DNA from: Callorhinchus milii
Taxonomy: Eukaryota
Assembly: GCF_018977255.1 (NCBI RefSeq)
Contig: NW_024704742.1
Location: forward strand, 40,178,001 to 40,242,000
Direction of reading: 5' to 3'
Length of the DNA: 64,000 bases
The translations under genes were made by a program, and so were the position numbers. Of this stretch, positions 13,675 through 24,900 are shown piece after piece. Position 1 is the first letter of the stretch; every line of letters starts with the position of its first letter. Under the pieces are notes generated by a model that was not told the origin of the DNA, ran no database searches, and saw nothing but the letters and a program-made list of their open reading frames with translations.

Positions 13675-14400
13675 CAAACCAAATTACATTTGTAAAGCGC
13701 TGAACAGTCATGGATTAGGGCCTGAGCGGTGCGGTGAGTGGTTGGGATCAGGGAGGGTGGAGGGCAGAGAGGGTGGTTGAAGGCACAGTCGAAGAGGAGG
13801 GTCTTGAGGCATGCCTTGAAGGAGGTAAGGGTGGGAGTAAGGCAAAAGGAGTGTGGGATGGAGTTCCGAGGATGGGGGCAAAGAGGCTCAAGGCCCGACT
13901 GCCTTTGGTGGGTCGGGCCGGGCAGGGGACATGGAGCAGGCCAGAGCCTGCTGAGCGCAGGGAGCGGACAGGTTGATAAGGGGTTAGCAGGTTGGAGAGG
14001 TAGGACCCGACAAAGCCATGGAGGGCCTTAAAGGTGAGGACGCAAATTTTGAACTCGATCCTCTAGAGGGATGGGGAGCCAGTGGAGCCGGGCGAGGGCC
14101 GTGATGGGGTCACAGAGCCTGGTTCAGGAGGGGACACAAGCTTCAGAGGTCTGGATGATCTGCAGCTTGTGAAGGGAAGAGTTGGGAAGGCCGACAAGCA
14201 GGGCATTGGGATAGTCGAGCCTGGCTATAATGAAGGTTTTGGTGGGCTGAGGGCTGAAGGAGTGGCTGAGTTGGGCAATGTTGCAGAGGTGGGGGAAGGC
14301 ACAGCAGGTCACTACATGGATGTGGGGGAGAAAGGACAGTTAAGGGTCGAACAAGGTGGCTAGGTTCCTCACTGGCTTAGTGAGGTGGAATGTGCATCCG
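13675..14400 (-). mobile_element. L2 LINE 3' fragment
   Basis: RLDYPNALLVGLPNSSLHKLQIIQ remnant and L2 3' tail. Confidence 0.85.
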
Positions 14401-14916
14401 TGAATGACCAACTTTATTTGGGGAATGATGACCAGGATATTCCCTTCACTTTTTTTGGAATAGTGCCATGGGATCTTTAATGTCCACCTGCACAACCAAA
14501 CAGGACCTCAGTTTAACGTCATTTGAAGGATGGCACTTTCCACAATCCAACACACTCTCGGCACTGCATTACAATAATAATCCTGGTATTTGATATAGTG
14601 CCTTAAGATGTCAACTAGAAGTCTCAAAGCACTTCACATTATATACTGTGAAGTGTAGTGACTGTGTATTTTGTGTTCAAACAAAACAGCCATGGAGTTG
14701 ATTCATTTGGGGGATCGTTGTCCAGGAAACTGGGAGAAATTCCCTTTCTTGGTTGGGAGTGTCAGCCTAACACTACGAGTTCAAAGTCCGATGTGGCACT
14801 CACAGCCACACTTTCTGATTCAGATGCAAGAGTGCTCCCAACTGAGGCAGACTTGTATATAAAATGTGCTTCCCTCTCTAGACAGAGCCAATGTGGATTG
14901 AACCCTTTGTACATAC

Positions 14917-15031
14917 CCAAATCAAGGCGCCTCCTTTTGCAAGGGTTTTCAACTGGAGTGTATGGACGCTTAGGTTTTCTTTCTCTTCGAGCAGAACTTT
15001 GTTCTTCAGCATTTTCCACACGGTGTTCTTC
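14917..15031 (-). CDS. BOD1L1: BOD1L1 internal exon
   Basis: ctttcctccccgtgtag|GAA...TTGG|gtatgt; encodes EEHRVENAEEQSSARRERKPKRPYTPVENPCKRRRLDL, cf. BOD1L1 RRRGRKPKRS; phase 0 to 1. Confidence 0.85.
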
Positions 15032-15599
15032 CTACACGGGGAGGAAAGTTGACATCCATCACCTCATTAACAGCATTCTCGTTCTGAGAGGCTAGTCTTA
15101 TGCCACAGTAACTTGCTTTGATTGAGAGAGCATTCTTCAGGATGAAGGGGGTCAATATAGGACCCCCCCCTCGCCCATTTTCTCTGACCACGATCATTAG
15201 CAAAAAAAAAAGGCCAATCATGGTCCATAAAAAAATTTGAACTCTGCGAATGCACAAAGTTTCTCACATGTGTATGGAGTTTCTAGGGACCCAATCAGCA
15301 CATAAAGAACCTATTTCACATGCACAAATTCACAGGTTATTTTTTCTCTTTTATAATTCAAGTCTCCCAAGGTGTTACACGATATGATATTTTCAGACAG
15401 TGAAGGGTTAATGTCAGAAAGCAATAGAAAAAGGCAGTTTGAGAGAGTGTTAGAGGGAGAGAGAGGGTCAGTGAGAGAGTGAGCGGGAAAAGAGAGAGAA
15501 ATTTGCAGAAACACTTCAGTAAAAAAAACTCAGCAATTAATTGCACGTGGGAGATATCTCACAGCAAGCTATGTTAATTCAAGGATATAACGAGAAAAG

Positions 15600-16570
15600 G
15601 TGCCTCACTGATGGGCAGAGTAACAGGAGCTTTTTGAAATTGGTTGAGTGCATGAACTGAGCTAAAGTGAAATGGAACAGATATACTTCTTTCTTGACAG
15701 TTGGTTAGGAGTAGACCAGAGTGAATGGTAAGCTACATACTGGAAGCTCAGCATTCAGCTTCACATCTTATCTCTGTTACTCACTAACAAAATCTCTGGG
15801 AAAACTGGGAAACAGAAAATGAAAATTGATCCATGCCATGATCTGCACAGTAAACTTCATCAGTGCTTATGGATTGAATCACTGCCAATTTACCAGCTTT
15901 CTGGAGGAACTGGATAATCAGTGTGGAGGACCGCTGCACCATTCAGAATCTCACTCAAGGAGCCTGGTGCAGTTTCAAAACTTTTGCACAATTTGAGGGG
16001 AGAGATAGATCAATTTATGCACATTCACAGTTGGATGAACCACATGCATGGATTTGAGATGAAGTTTTCACAAAGAGAACTGCACAAAGCAACATTTCCC
16101 AATTTCCAACATTCTACTTTTGTTAATGCATTTCCTGACTTTCTTGAAAATAAGACATTTTCACAAAATTCTGCAAAAATTGGCCTATTCTCCAGACTCT
16201 TTCAAGCTTTTAAAACTCAGAAAATAGATGTTGATTTGTTTGCATTTCCCGTCTCTGGGGAGGTGGAAAATGTTTTTATTCACTTCCAAATAGTTGATAA
16301 AACTGCAGTGCCACACTAAACTAAAAATAAATTTTCTGAAATTGGTTTGCCAGCATATTTTGAATACCTCCCAGTCAGATTTTTTCCAAACATTTTTCCA
16401 AACAGTTGCACCCACGTTTGGAAACACATACTTGTGTGAGCAACTGTCCTCAGAGATGAAATTCACAAAGTCTTCCTTGCGATTTATACTGACACACATG
16501 CACTTGAAGCCACTCCTAAAGGTGAACAGGCAATCAAACCTAACACTGATACTCTTGTGGTAAAGAGATG
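15600..16570 (+). mobile_element. Fossil hAT transposase (Charlie/SPIN/GTF2IRD2-like), frameshifted
   Basis: Collinear remnants: TDG (about 15607), H*QNL (about 15782), CTVNFISAYGLNHCQFTSFLEELDNQCG (about 15844), FSRLFQAFKTQKIDVDLFAFPVSGEVENV, KLQC, and FGNTYLCEQLSSEMKFTKSSLR..LT..HL of the hATC dimerisation domain. Confidence 0.85.
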
Positions 16571-17569
16571 TCTGGATCTCTGGAGTTTCAACTTCTAAAT
16601 AACAGGTGACACCATTTTATGTGTCTTGCTATTTCGCGAGTCTGCTCATAACACTGAGTTCTGCAGATTTGCGAGAGTGATTGCCACGTTCCTGCACACG
16701 ATGCACAGATGCAGAAAGTAATGCCAGCTGCAGTTTTCTTCTTTACAGGAAACCAGCCTATCCGGCCATAGTCATCTGTTCACCCAGCCTCAAAGATCAA
16801 ATGAAGTAAACATCCCCGCTTCAATGTTTCCTTCATTCACAGAGCAATGCAATAGCTAAAAGCTTTGCTATTGTATGAGCATAAGAAACATTATTTTGAA
16901 AACAAGTGTAAATGAAGATTCGACTCAAAATAATAATCAGCAACTGATTTCTCACCACAATACATGATTTTGAAAAAGATTTCATCTAACTATCACTTCA
17001 AACTATCAATTGCATTTTGTGATTTACTGTGGATCACTACACATTCAGTTTCTACAGTACTGGAGAGGAATTAAACAGAGGAACAAGTGGATTTCAATAC
17101 AGAAGCACAGAAATTTATAGCACAGAAGTAGGCCATTCAGCCCATCATGTTTATGTTGGCTGTTTGAAAGAATGAACCATTTAGGCCGATTTGCTTGCCT
17201 TTCCCACCGTCTGGCAAATTACTCCTTTTTAGATTTCCATCCAATAATCTCTTGAAAGCACAATGCCAGTAACAGGAGAAAGGCGAAGGTTAAAATGGCA
17301 AAAATGAGTGCTTCTGCACTCGAATGGTGTATAGAGTTAAGTAATATGTACCTTGTACATGTGATGTGAGGTTAGCCATGTGCCAAATCTCTCAGGAAAG
17401 CTGGTCCTCACAATTATTCAATTACACCATTTTGCCCAGTTACAAATACTGTGCATTTAACATATTTTCAAATTGTTTTTTTAAAAAAGGTAGTCTTCAC
17501 CTCCTTTTCTTCACACCCAAGCCTTGGTTCTCAACAACCTCAATCTAACACTTTCTGGAATTAGGTAAG

Positions 17570-17955
17570 CAACAACAACAACAACAAAATTACATTTATA
17601 TAGCACTTCTCTCTTCGGGAGGACGTCCCAAGGCCCTGGACAATCAATGTTTCGGACCCGAGCTGGGGGTCAGGATCGGGGAGGGTGGAGAGCGGGATGT
17701 GGGTGGGGGGGAAGGAGGGTGATCGAAGGCACAGTCAAAGAGGAGGGTCTTGAGATAGGTCTTGAAGGAGGCAAGGGATGGGGCAAGGTGGAGGGACAGC
17801 AGGATGGAGTTCCTGAGGGTGGGAGCAGAGTGCCTGACAATAGTGGGAGGTGGGGATGTGAAGCAGGCCAGAGCCCACTGAGGATGGTAGGGAGTTAGGA
17901 GGTCGCAAAGTAGGTGGGGGAAGCAAGGCCATGGAGGGCTTTGAAGGTGAAGCAG
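17570..17955 (-). mobile_element. L2 LINE 3' fragment
   Basis: SLASFKTYLKTLLF remnant; aatgtaattttgttgttg tail. Confidence 0.85.
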
Positions 17956-20141
17956 GGTACCTCTCTCCAGGGAAAGTGTGCATTCAATTCCAGATGTACA
18001 AAATTTCCATCCATAGGTGACGTGCATATGTGGAACTCTCTTAAGTATGGTGATGGGCTTGCACATGTGTCAGCCATTCAGCCAGCTAAAAAAATACATT
18101 TTATATTGCGCCTTTACATTGGGAGGACGTCTAAAAGTGCTTGACACTCCTGGCGGGCACCCGAGCTGAGGATGAGGGGGTTGGGAGGTTAAAGATGACC
18201 ACAAGCACTGTCAAAAAGGTATGTTTTTACCTGAGTCTTGAATGAGGGGAGATAGGGAGGGAGTCAGAAAGACTCCGGGATGGAGTTCCAAAGAGCAGGG
18301 GCAGATTGGCTGAAAGCCCACCAGCCGATGTTGGGGCGGGGAAATATGAAGCAGGCCAGTGTTCTTTGAGTGAGGGGAGTGATCTAATTGAATACATTGA
18401 GTGTGAATCACATTGCTATAAACAAATAAATATCTGATGTGAGGTTATGGTTATAGAGATCAAAAACATAAGGTATGAGTAATTCAATTTATTGATTTGT
18501 TTGGATGACTGGGCTTCATGCAGTGGTGGACTGTACTGTAATAGTTCCAACTTTTTTTTAAAACAACTCTGGTCCATGCCTAGCTAATTCCAGCTGAGCT
18601 AGAGAAGGAACAAGGCTACTTTGTTTCATAGTAAGTGCAGAGTCCCACTCCAAGGTCCTTGGCATAGTCATAGCAATAATGACTTGACACACAATCAATC
18701 ATAATAAAACTGAAATAAATTGATTTTAACTGGGTAATTAATAACTGGAATAGATCACGTGGAAAGAGATTTAGAATTTGTATCGACTTTGGGGACTGGG
18801 TGGCACAATGTGCCAAACACATTACTTTCACCTCTTGAATTGAGTCCATATTAATTGAACGAGAAGTTTCTTATCCCACTGCTGGTTATAACAGGCCTGA
18901 ATGAAAGAAGCAACTGCAACCTGGTTTAAGAGACCATACGCAGTACAATCTCATTTACAGAAGCCACAAGGACGACTAGTTGAGGAACACAGAAAATTTG
19001 CAATTGTAGAAGTTAATGTACTTAGTCCTTTCACGTTGTTTATTTAAATATACATTGGAAAGGTCCACACATTTTTTTTTGTACACATACACAACTCTAC
19101 CCACAACTCCATCTTATTCTGAAATAACAGTATTGTTGGAGGAGTAATAGGTCTCAGAAACACTTTGGATCGATTGCTCGGCATTTTTCAGCACGGATAA
19201 CTCTGAATAAACCATCATTGTTCACCAGCAATAAAATCTCTTTAGATTTGCCTGGCTGTAAAACGGATGTCTTCCAATTTCTGGTACTTCAATGTTTTTT
19301 GAAGACCTTACAACTTAATTACCTTGGATTGGGTCCAAAACCTGATTTGCTCACAAACATAACTGGAAATTGGTGAATAGCTCTTCGTTAATCCAGAATA
19401 TCAGTCCTAAACTTTTTTGTTATCAGCAGGGTGTGTGATAAATGCGGAAAAACATTACCGTGCTTAAGCATATCCAGTTAGGGCTTTGGTTTGCAGGGTT
19501 AACCAAAGCTAAATTGGAAGAATCCGTCCTCTGGTGAGGTGCTTTGGTAAACCTAGTCCTGCCTTGCAACACTGTAGGCTCATCTGGTTCAGGAACTGCC
19601 ACAGAGGTCTGAATCGATTCCGACATTCTGTTGTCAAGTATGTCACCTTGGAGCTAACTCAGCTCCAAGGAGACCTCACTTGCTCCAATTCCCGGTGCCC
19701 CCTCCCAATTCCAGGATAAACATTAATTGGTCAGTTGCCATCATACAAGTGCAGGTTTGAGCCCTCACGAGGAAGATAATAGGTACCAGGAACACCCTTA
19801 GCTTCCTGGTGAGCAGCACAGCTAAGCTCAGCAGATCACGTCCTTGATCAGCAGCTGCTTACCTCTCTGCATACCAATCTAGGTGTATTCCAAGCCCTAG
19901 ATATATGAATAAGCGTTCACAAACCTGGACTGCAGGCAACACCTTCCAGCAGCTATCCTTCCAAGCTTCAGAGTTTCCTCATCAGCCATTTGACAGACAC
20001 CTGCCTTCAGCGTGGTGGGAGGATCGATACAGGTCAACTTATGATGTGCCAGCCACTGTGATGTTCTAGCTTTACCAAAGCACCTCACTAGAGGACCTGG
20101 TTAAACATTTACTGATATACATTTTATACAAATACACTTAC

Positions 20142-20218
20142 CACATCTTCAGGTTTCTTATCAGAACTGCCAATCTTGTTGACTTCAGAAACTGTATTCT
20201 GCTGAACCGGTAAATCAT
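20142..20218 (-). CDS. BOD1L1: BOD1L1 internal exon
   Basis: caaatag|AT...GTG|gtaagt; encodes DDLPVQQNTVSEVNKIGSSDKKPEDV; phase 1 to 0 fits the neighbours; sequence itself is poorly conserved. Confidence 0.72.
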
Positions 20219-21961
20219 CTATTTGAATAGATAAAGAAATTGAGAATGTTTCTTATAAAGCAGCATAGAAGTTTTAAAAAATCATAGCAAATAAGAGTTA
20301 TGAGCCAGTTTTGCCTTAGCATGTTTGAACAAAAATTAAAATCACACAAAACAATTGTCTACAGAATAATGCACACAAAATATTCATCAGTTGCAGAGTT
20401 CTCAAAGACTACTTTGCAAATACAGGGTGACAAAAAGGTCTATTTTTCAGCTATCCTACTATCTAAAAAAAACTCATCATTACTTTAAGACTTATTAGAC
20501 ATTGTAATGGTATCATGTCTTTTTGTTCATCCTGTATATAATGGCACGCAAAGCAAATTATTCCTGGCTAAACATGCTGCAATGGCATTACGGCAGTAAA
20601 CCCATCAATAAGACAGCAGTGAGTATTGACAGTGTCAATGTAATACACTTCATAAATGTTAGAGCACACACTAAATACTATAGCTGGGAATGATTACCTT
20701 ATCAAGAGGGTTAGATGCCACAATATGCAATCTTACAACAGTCACTGAAGACAGATAAAATTACAACTAATCTACGTGGTTATCTGTGCCTCGCATAGAT
20801 AAGATGCCTGATATTAGCTAATTCAATTCCAATGTGCACTTTGGGTTCCCCAATGCCACGGCTTCTGATAATCCACGCACGTGTTCTTGCACACAAACAA
20901 AATAAAGTGTCCCCCATCTCCCTTTCACCCAGAGAAGATTTGGCTTTCCAAAAGCAGCAAATCGAAACTCTTTCAAATTCCTCCATGCCTGTTCCCCTTC
21001 CCCCCATTCTGTCTCTGCAACTTTACAGTTCTAATCACTTCCTCTGCTCAACAAACATTGACCAGCAACCTGTTTTATGCCCAACCCATTCCACCATTGA
21101 CGGGCAAGCTTTTAGCCATTCTACCCCCACTCTCTGAGACCCATCCCTCCATATCTTCAAAACCACAATTAAGACGCATCTTCTTCCGACTATGATTTTG
21201 GCCCAATCCCCCCACCACCCATTCTTGTCACTATGTGCTACAAAATGGATAAGTGACTAATAACTGAATTGTTCCATTATAAGCACACATTCTCACTGTC
21301 ACTACTTCAAACTGAAGATTACACCGATGCACAATATCTAATAATAATAATCTTGTATTTGATATCCCGCCTTTCACATGGGGAGGATGTCCCTAAGTGT
21401 TTCACGGGATATACTGTGAAGAGATTGTGTATTTGTGAGTGATTACGGCAGCCAATTTGTGCACATCACTTTCCCACAAACAGCCATGAAATACAGGACC
21501 AATTTTATTTGGGGTATTGTTGGTCAGGACATTGGGAAACGGATGGAATCCTTAACGTCCACCCATCATGAAAGTAACTATTGTACTTTTCCTCCCAGTT
21601 GATCAAGTGGGAAGTTTGCCAGTCAGTGCTTTCGATAGTAAGCAATGTGGTTTTAGTTAGTTAAACTCCATCAGTAACAGAACACTCTGAGATCACCAAG
21701 CATCGACTCTTGCCAACCTGCATCTAATACTCTCAGAATTAGGTTAGCAATTCCTTCTCTCCAGACATGGGAATTTCTATGTGTAGGTGGCATGCATGGA
21801 CCTCTCAATCTGGTTTGGATACACTTAAACATGGCGTGCGTTTCCACGCGAGTCAGACACCCAGCTGACCAATCAAAAATAAAGCAACATTTTGGTAAAA
21901 GTTCGACTCAAGGCGTTACACTAAATCAAGTATTATTAATAAGCATTTTACAATCTCTTAC

Positions 21962-24900
21962 CTTGAGTCTTTGCATTGGAAAGGTCAGTTTTGGTATCAG
22001 GTTCTTCAGTTTGTTGCTGTTCTTTTGAATGCTCTTTACACTTTTCTGTAGTCTGAAGCTCTTGCTGCTCTGAGGTCTCTACAGTAGGTTCAGTTAGTTT
22101 TTGGACAACAGAGGGTGCCTCATAGTTAAAATCATCATCGAGTGCTGGTGTAGTAGGGTCAAACTGTGCAATTCGCATAACAGGATTTGGAAGACTTGAA
22201 TTATTCATACTGGGAATATCAGAAGAAATAGTCTCACAAGGACGAAGAGATCGAGGTGCACCAGAATCTTGAGGAATATTTAATTTCTTTGGCCTTGGTA
22301 TATCATCGTGAGGTAATTTCTCCACTAGTTCTGGTTTGCCTGACAGGAGTGCTTCACAATCATCTGTTTTGTTTTGTGAAGTTTCAACATCTTGCTTACT
22401 TGCAGGTATTTCCTTTGCAGGGTTTTCTTCATTATCCTGAACTTCAGAGATTTCACCACTCTCTTCTATTAAAGCTTCCATCTTTATATTTTCTGAACCA
22501 TGCTGTGTATTTTCGTTTGTATCTGGCAAACTTGCTTTCGACTCTGCTTCGAGTGAATTGTCTTGCGACTCTGCATCGGGTGAATTGTCTTTCGACTCAG
22601 CTTCGGGTGAATTGTCTTTCGACTCAGCTTCGAGTGAATTGTCTTTCGACTCAGCTTCGGGTGAATTGTCTTTCGACTCTGCATCGGGTGAATTGTCTTT
22701 CGACTCAGCTTCGAGTGAATTGTCTTTCGACTCAGCTTCGAGTGAATTGTCTTTCGACTCAGCTTCGGGTGAATTGTCTTTCGACTCAGCTTCGGGTGAA
22801 TTGTCTTTCGACTCAGCTTCGGGTGAATTGTCTTTCGACTCAGCTTCGGGTGAATTTCCTTTCGACTCAGCTTCGGGTGAATTTCCTTTCGACTCAGCTT
22901 CGGGTGAACTGTCTTTCGACTCAGCTTCGGGTGAACTGTCTTTCGACTCAGCTTCGGGTGAATTGTCTTTCGACTCAGCTTCGGGTGAATTTCCTTTCGA
23001 TTCTGCTTCGGGTGAATTTCCTTTCGATTCTGCTTCGGGTGAATTTCCTTTCGATTCTGCTTCGGGTGAATTTCCTTTCGACTCGGCTTCGGGTGTCTTT
23101 CCTTTCGATTCCGCTTCGGGTGAATTTCCTTTCGACTCAGCTTCGGGTGAATTTCCTTTCGACTCAGCTTCGGGTGAATTTCCTTTCGACTCAGCTTCGG
23201 GTGAATTTCCTTTCGACTCTGCTTCGGGTGAATTTCCTTTCGACTCAGCTTCGGGTGAATTTCCTTTCGACTCAGCTTCGGGTGAATTTCCTTTCGACTC
23301 AGCTTCGGGTGAACTTCCTTTCGACTCAGCTTCGGGTGAATTTCCTTTCGACTCAGCTTCGGGTGAATTGTCTTTCGACTCAGCTTCGGGTGAATTGTCT
23401 TTCGACTCAGCTTCGGGTGAATTGTCTTTCGACTCAGCTTCGGGTGAATTGTCTTTCGACTCAGCTTCGGGTGAATTGTCTTTCGACTCAGCTTCGGGTG
23501 AATTGTCTTTCGACTCAGCTTCGGGTGAATTGTCTTTCGACTCAGCTTCGGGTGAATTGTCTTTCGACTCAGCTTCGGGTGAATTGTTTTTCGACTCAGC
23601 TTCGGGTGAATTGTCTTTCGACTCAGCTTCGGGTGAATTGTCTTTCGACTCAGCTTCGGGTGAATTGTTTTTCGACTCAGCTTCGGGTGAATTGTCTTTC
23701 GACTCAGCTTCGGGTGAATTTTCTTTCGACTCAGCTTCGGGTGAATAGTCTTTCGACTCAGCTTCGGGTGAATTTTCTTTCGACTCAGCTTCGGGTGAAT
23801 CTTCTTTCGACTCAGCTTCGGGTGAATTTTCTTTCGACTCAGCTTCGGGTGAATTTCCTTTCGACTCAGCTTCGGGCGAATTTTCTTTCGACTCAGCTTC
23901 GGGTGAATTTTCTTTCGACTCAGCTTCGGGTGAATTTTCTTTCGACTCAGCTTCGGGTGAATTTTGTTTCGACTCTGCTTCGGGTGAATTTTGTTTCGAC
24001 TCTGCTTCGGGTGAATTTTGTTTCGACTCTGCTTCGGGTGAATTTTGTTTCGACTCGGCTTCGGGTGAATTTTCATTCGATTCTGTTTCAGGTGATTTTT
24101 CTTCCGACTCTGCTTTGGTTGAATTTTCATTCGATTCTGTTTCAGGTGATTTTTCTTCCGATTCTGTAATCGGTGAACTTTCTTTCGATTCTGTTTTAAG
24201 TGAATTTTCTTTAGATTCTGTGTCTGACAAATTTTCTTGAGCTTTGGGATCTGGCAAACTTGCTTTCAATACGGTATCCGGTACATTTTCTTTTGATTGT
24301 GTTTCTGGTAAATTTTCTTTTGAATCTGTATCCGGCAAATTTTCTTTCAATTTTGTTTCTGCCGAATTTTCTTCTGATTTTATATTTTGCAAACTTGCTT
24401 TTGCTTTTGGATCAGCTAAACTTTCTTTTGATTCCACATCTAGCAAATTATCAGTTGATTTTGTTTCTGGTGAATTTTCTTTTGATTTTGAAGCTGCGGA
24501 AGTTTCTTTTGACATTGTACCTGGTGAATTTTCTTCAGCTTCAGTATCTGGCAAACATTCTTTTGATTTTATGTCTGGGCAACCTTCTTTTGACATTGTA
24601 TCTGGCAAATGTTCTTTTGATATTGGACCTGGCAAATTTTCTTCAGATTTTATTTCTAGTGAAATTTCTTTTGAGATTGTATCTGGCAAATGTTCTCTTG
24701 TTTTTTTATCAGATACATTTTCTTTTGATATTAGATCTGAGGAACTTTCTTTTCTTTTTGTATCTGGCAAATTTTCCTTTGACTTTGTATCTGGGGTACC
24801 TTCTTTTGATTTTATATCATGTGATTTTTCTTTAGATTTTGTACCGTGTGAGCTTTCTTTTGATTTTGTATCTTGTGAGTTTTCTTTTGATTTTGCATTT

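Noticed and set aside
15398..15418. piggyBac/Kolobok-like ends (...AAGGGTTAA; similar at about 6370 and 62020)
   Set aside because: I could not pair any of them with a matching opposite terminus.
19323..19341. 19-nt micro-exon (VLDPIQ) with cag|...|gtaatt
   Set aside because: Including it shifts the frame between the 20142 and 15031 exons, which already join in phase, and its acceptor is weak.
22532..24070. CRISPR-like array
   Set aside because: Units are directly tandem with no unique spacers, there are no cas genes, and the context is a eukaryotic coding exon.
22256..24169. Long overlapping ORFs (637 aa and 396 aa on +, 548 aa on -) over the 27-bp array
   Set aside because: The repeat unit has stops in only two of six frames, so four frames are open automatically. 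Only the BOD1L1 frame continues beyond the array and has splice sites.
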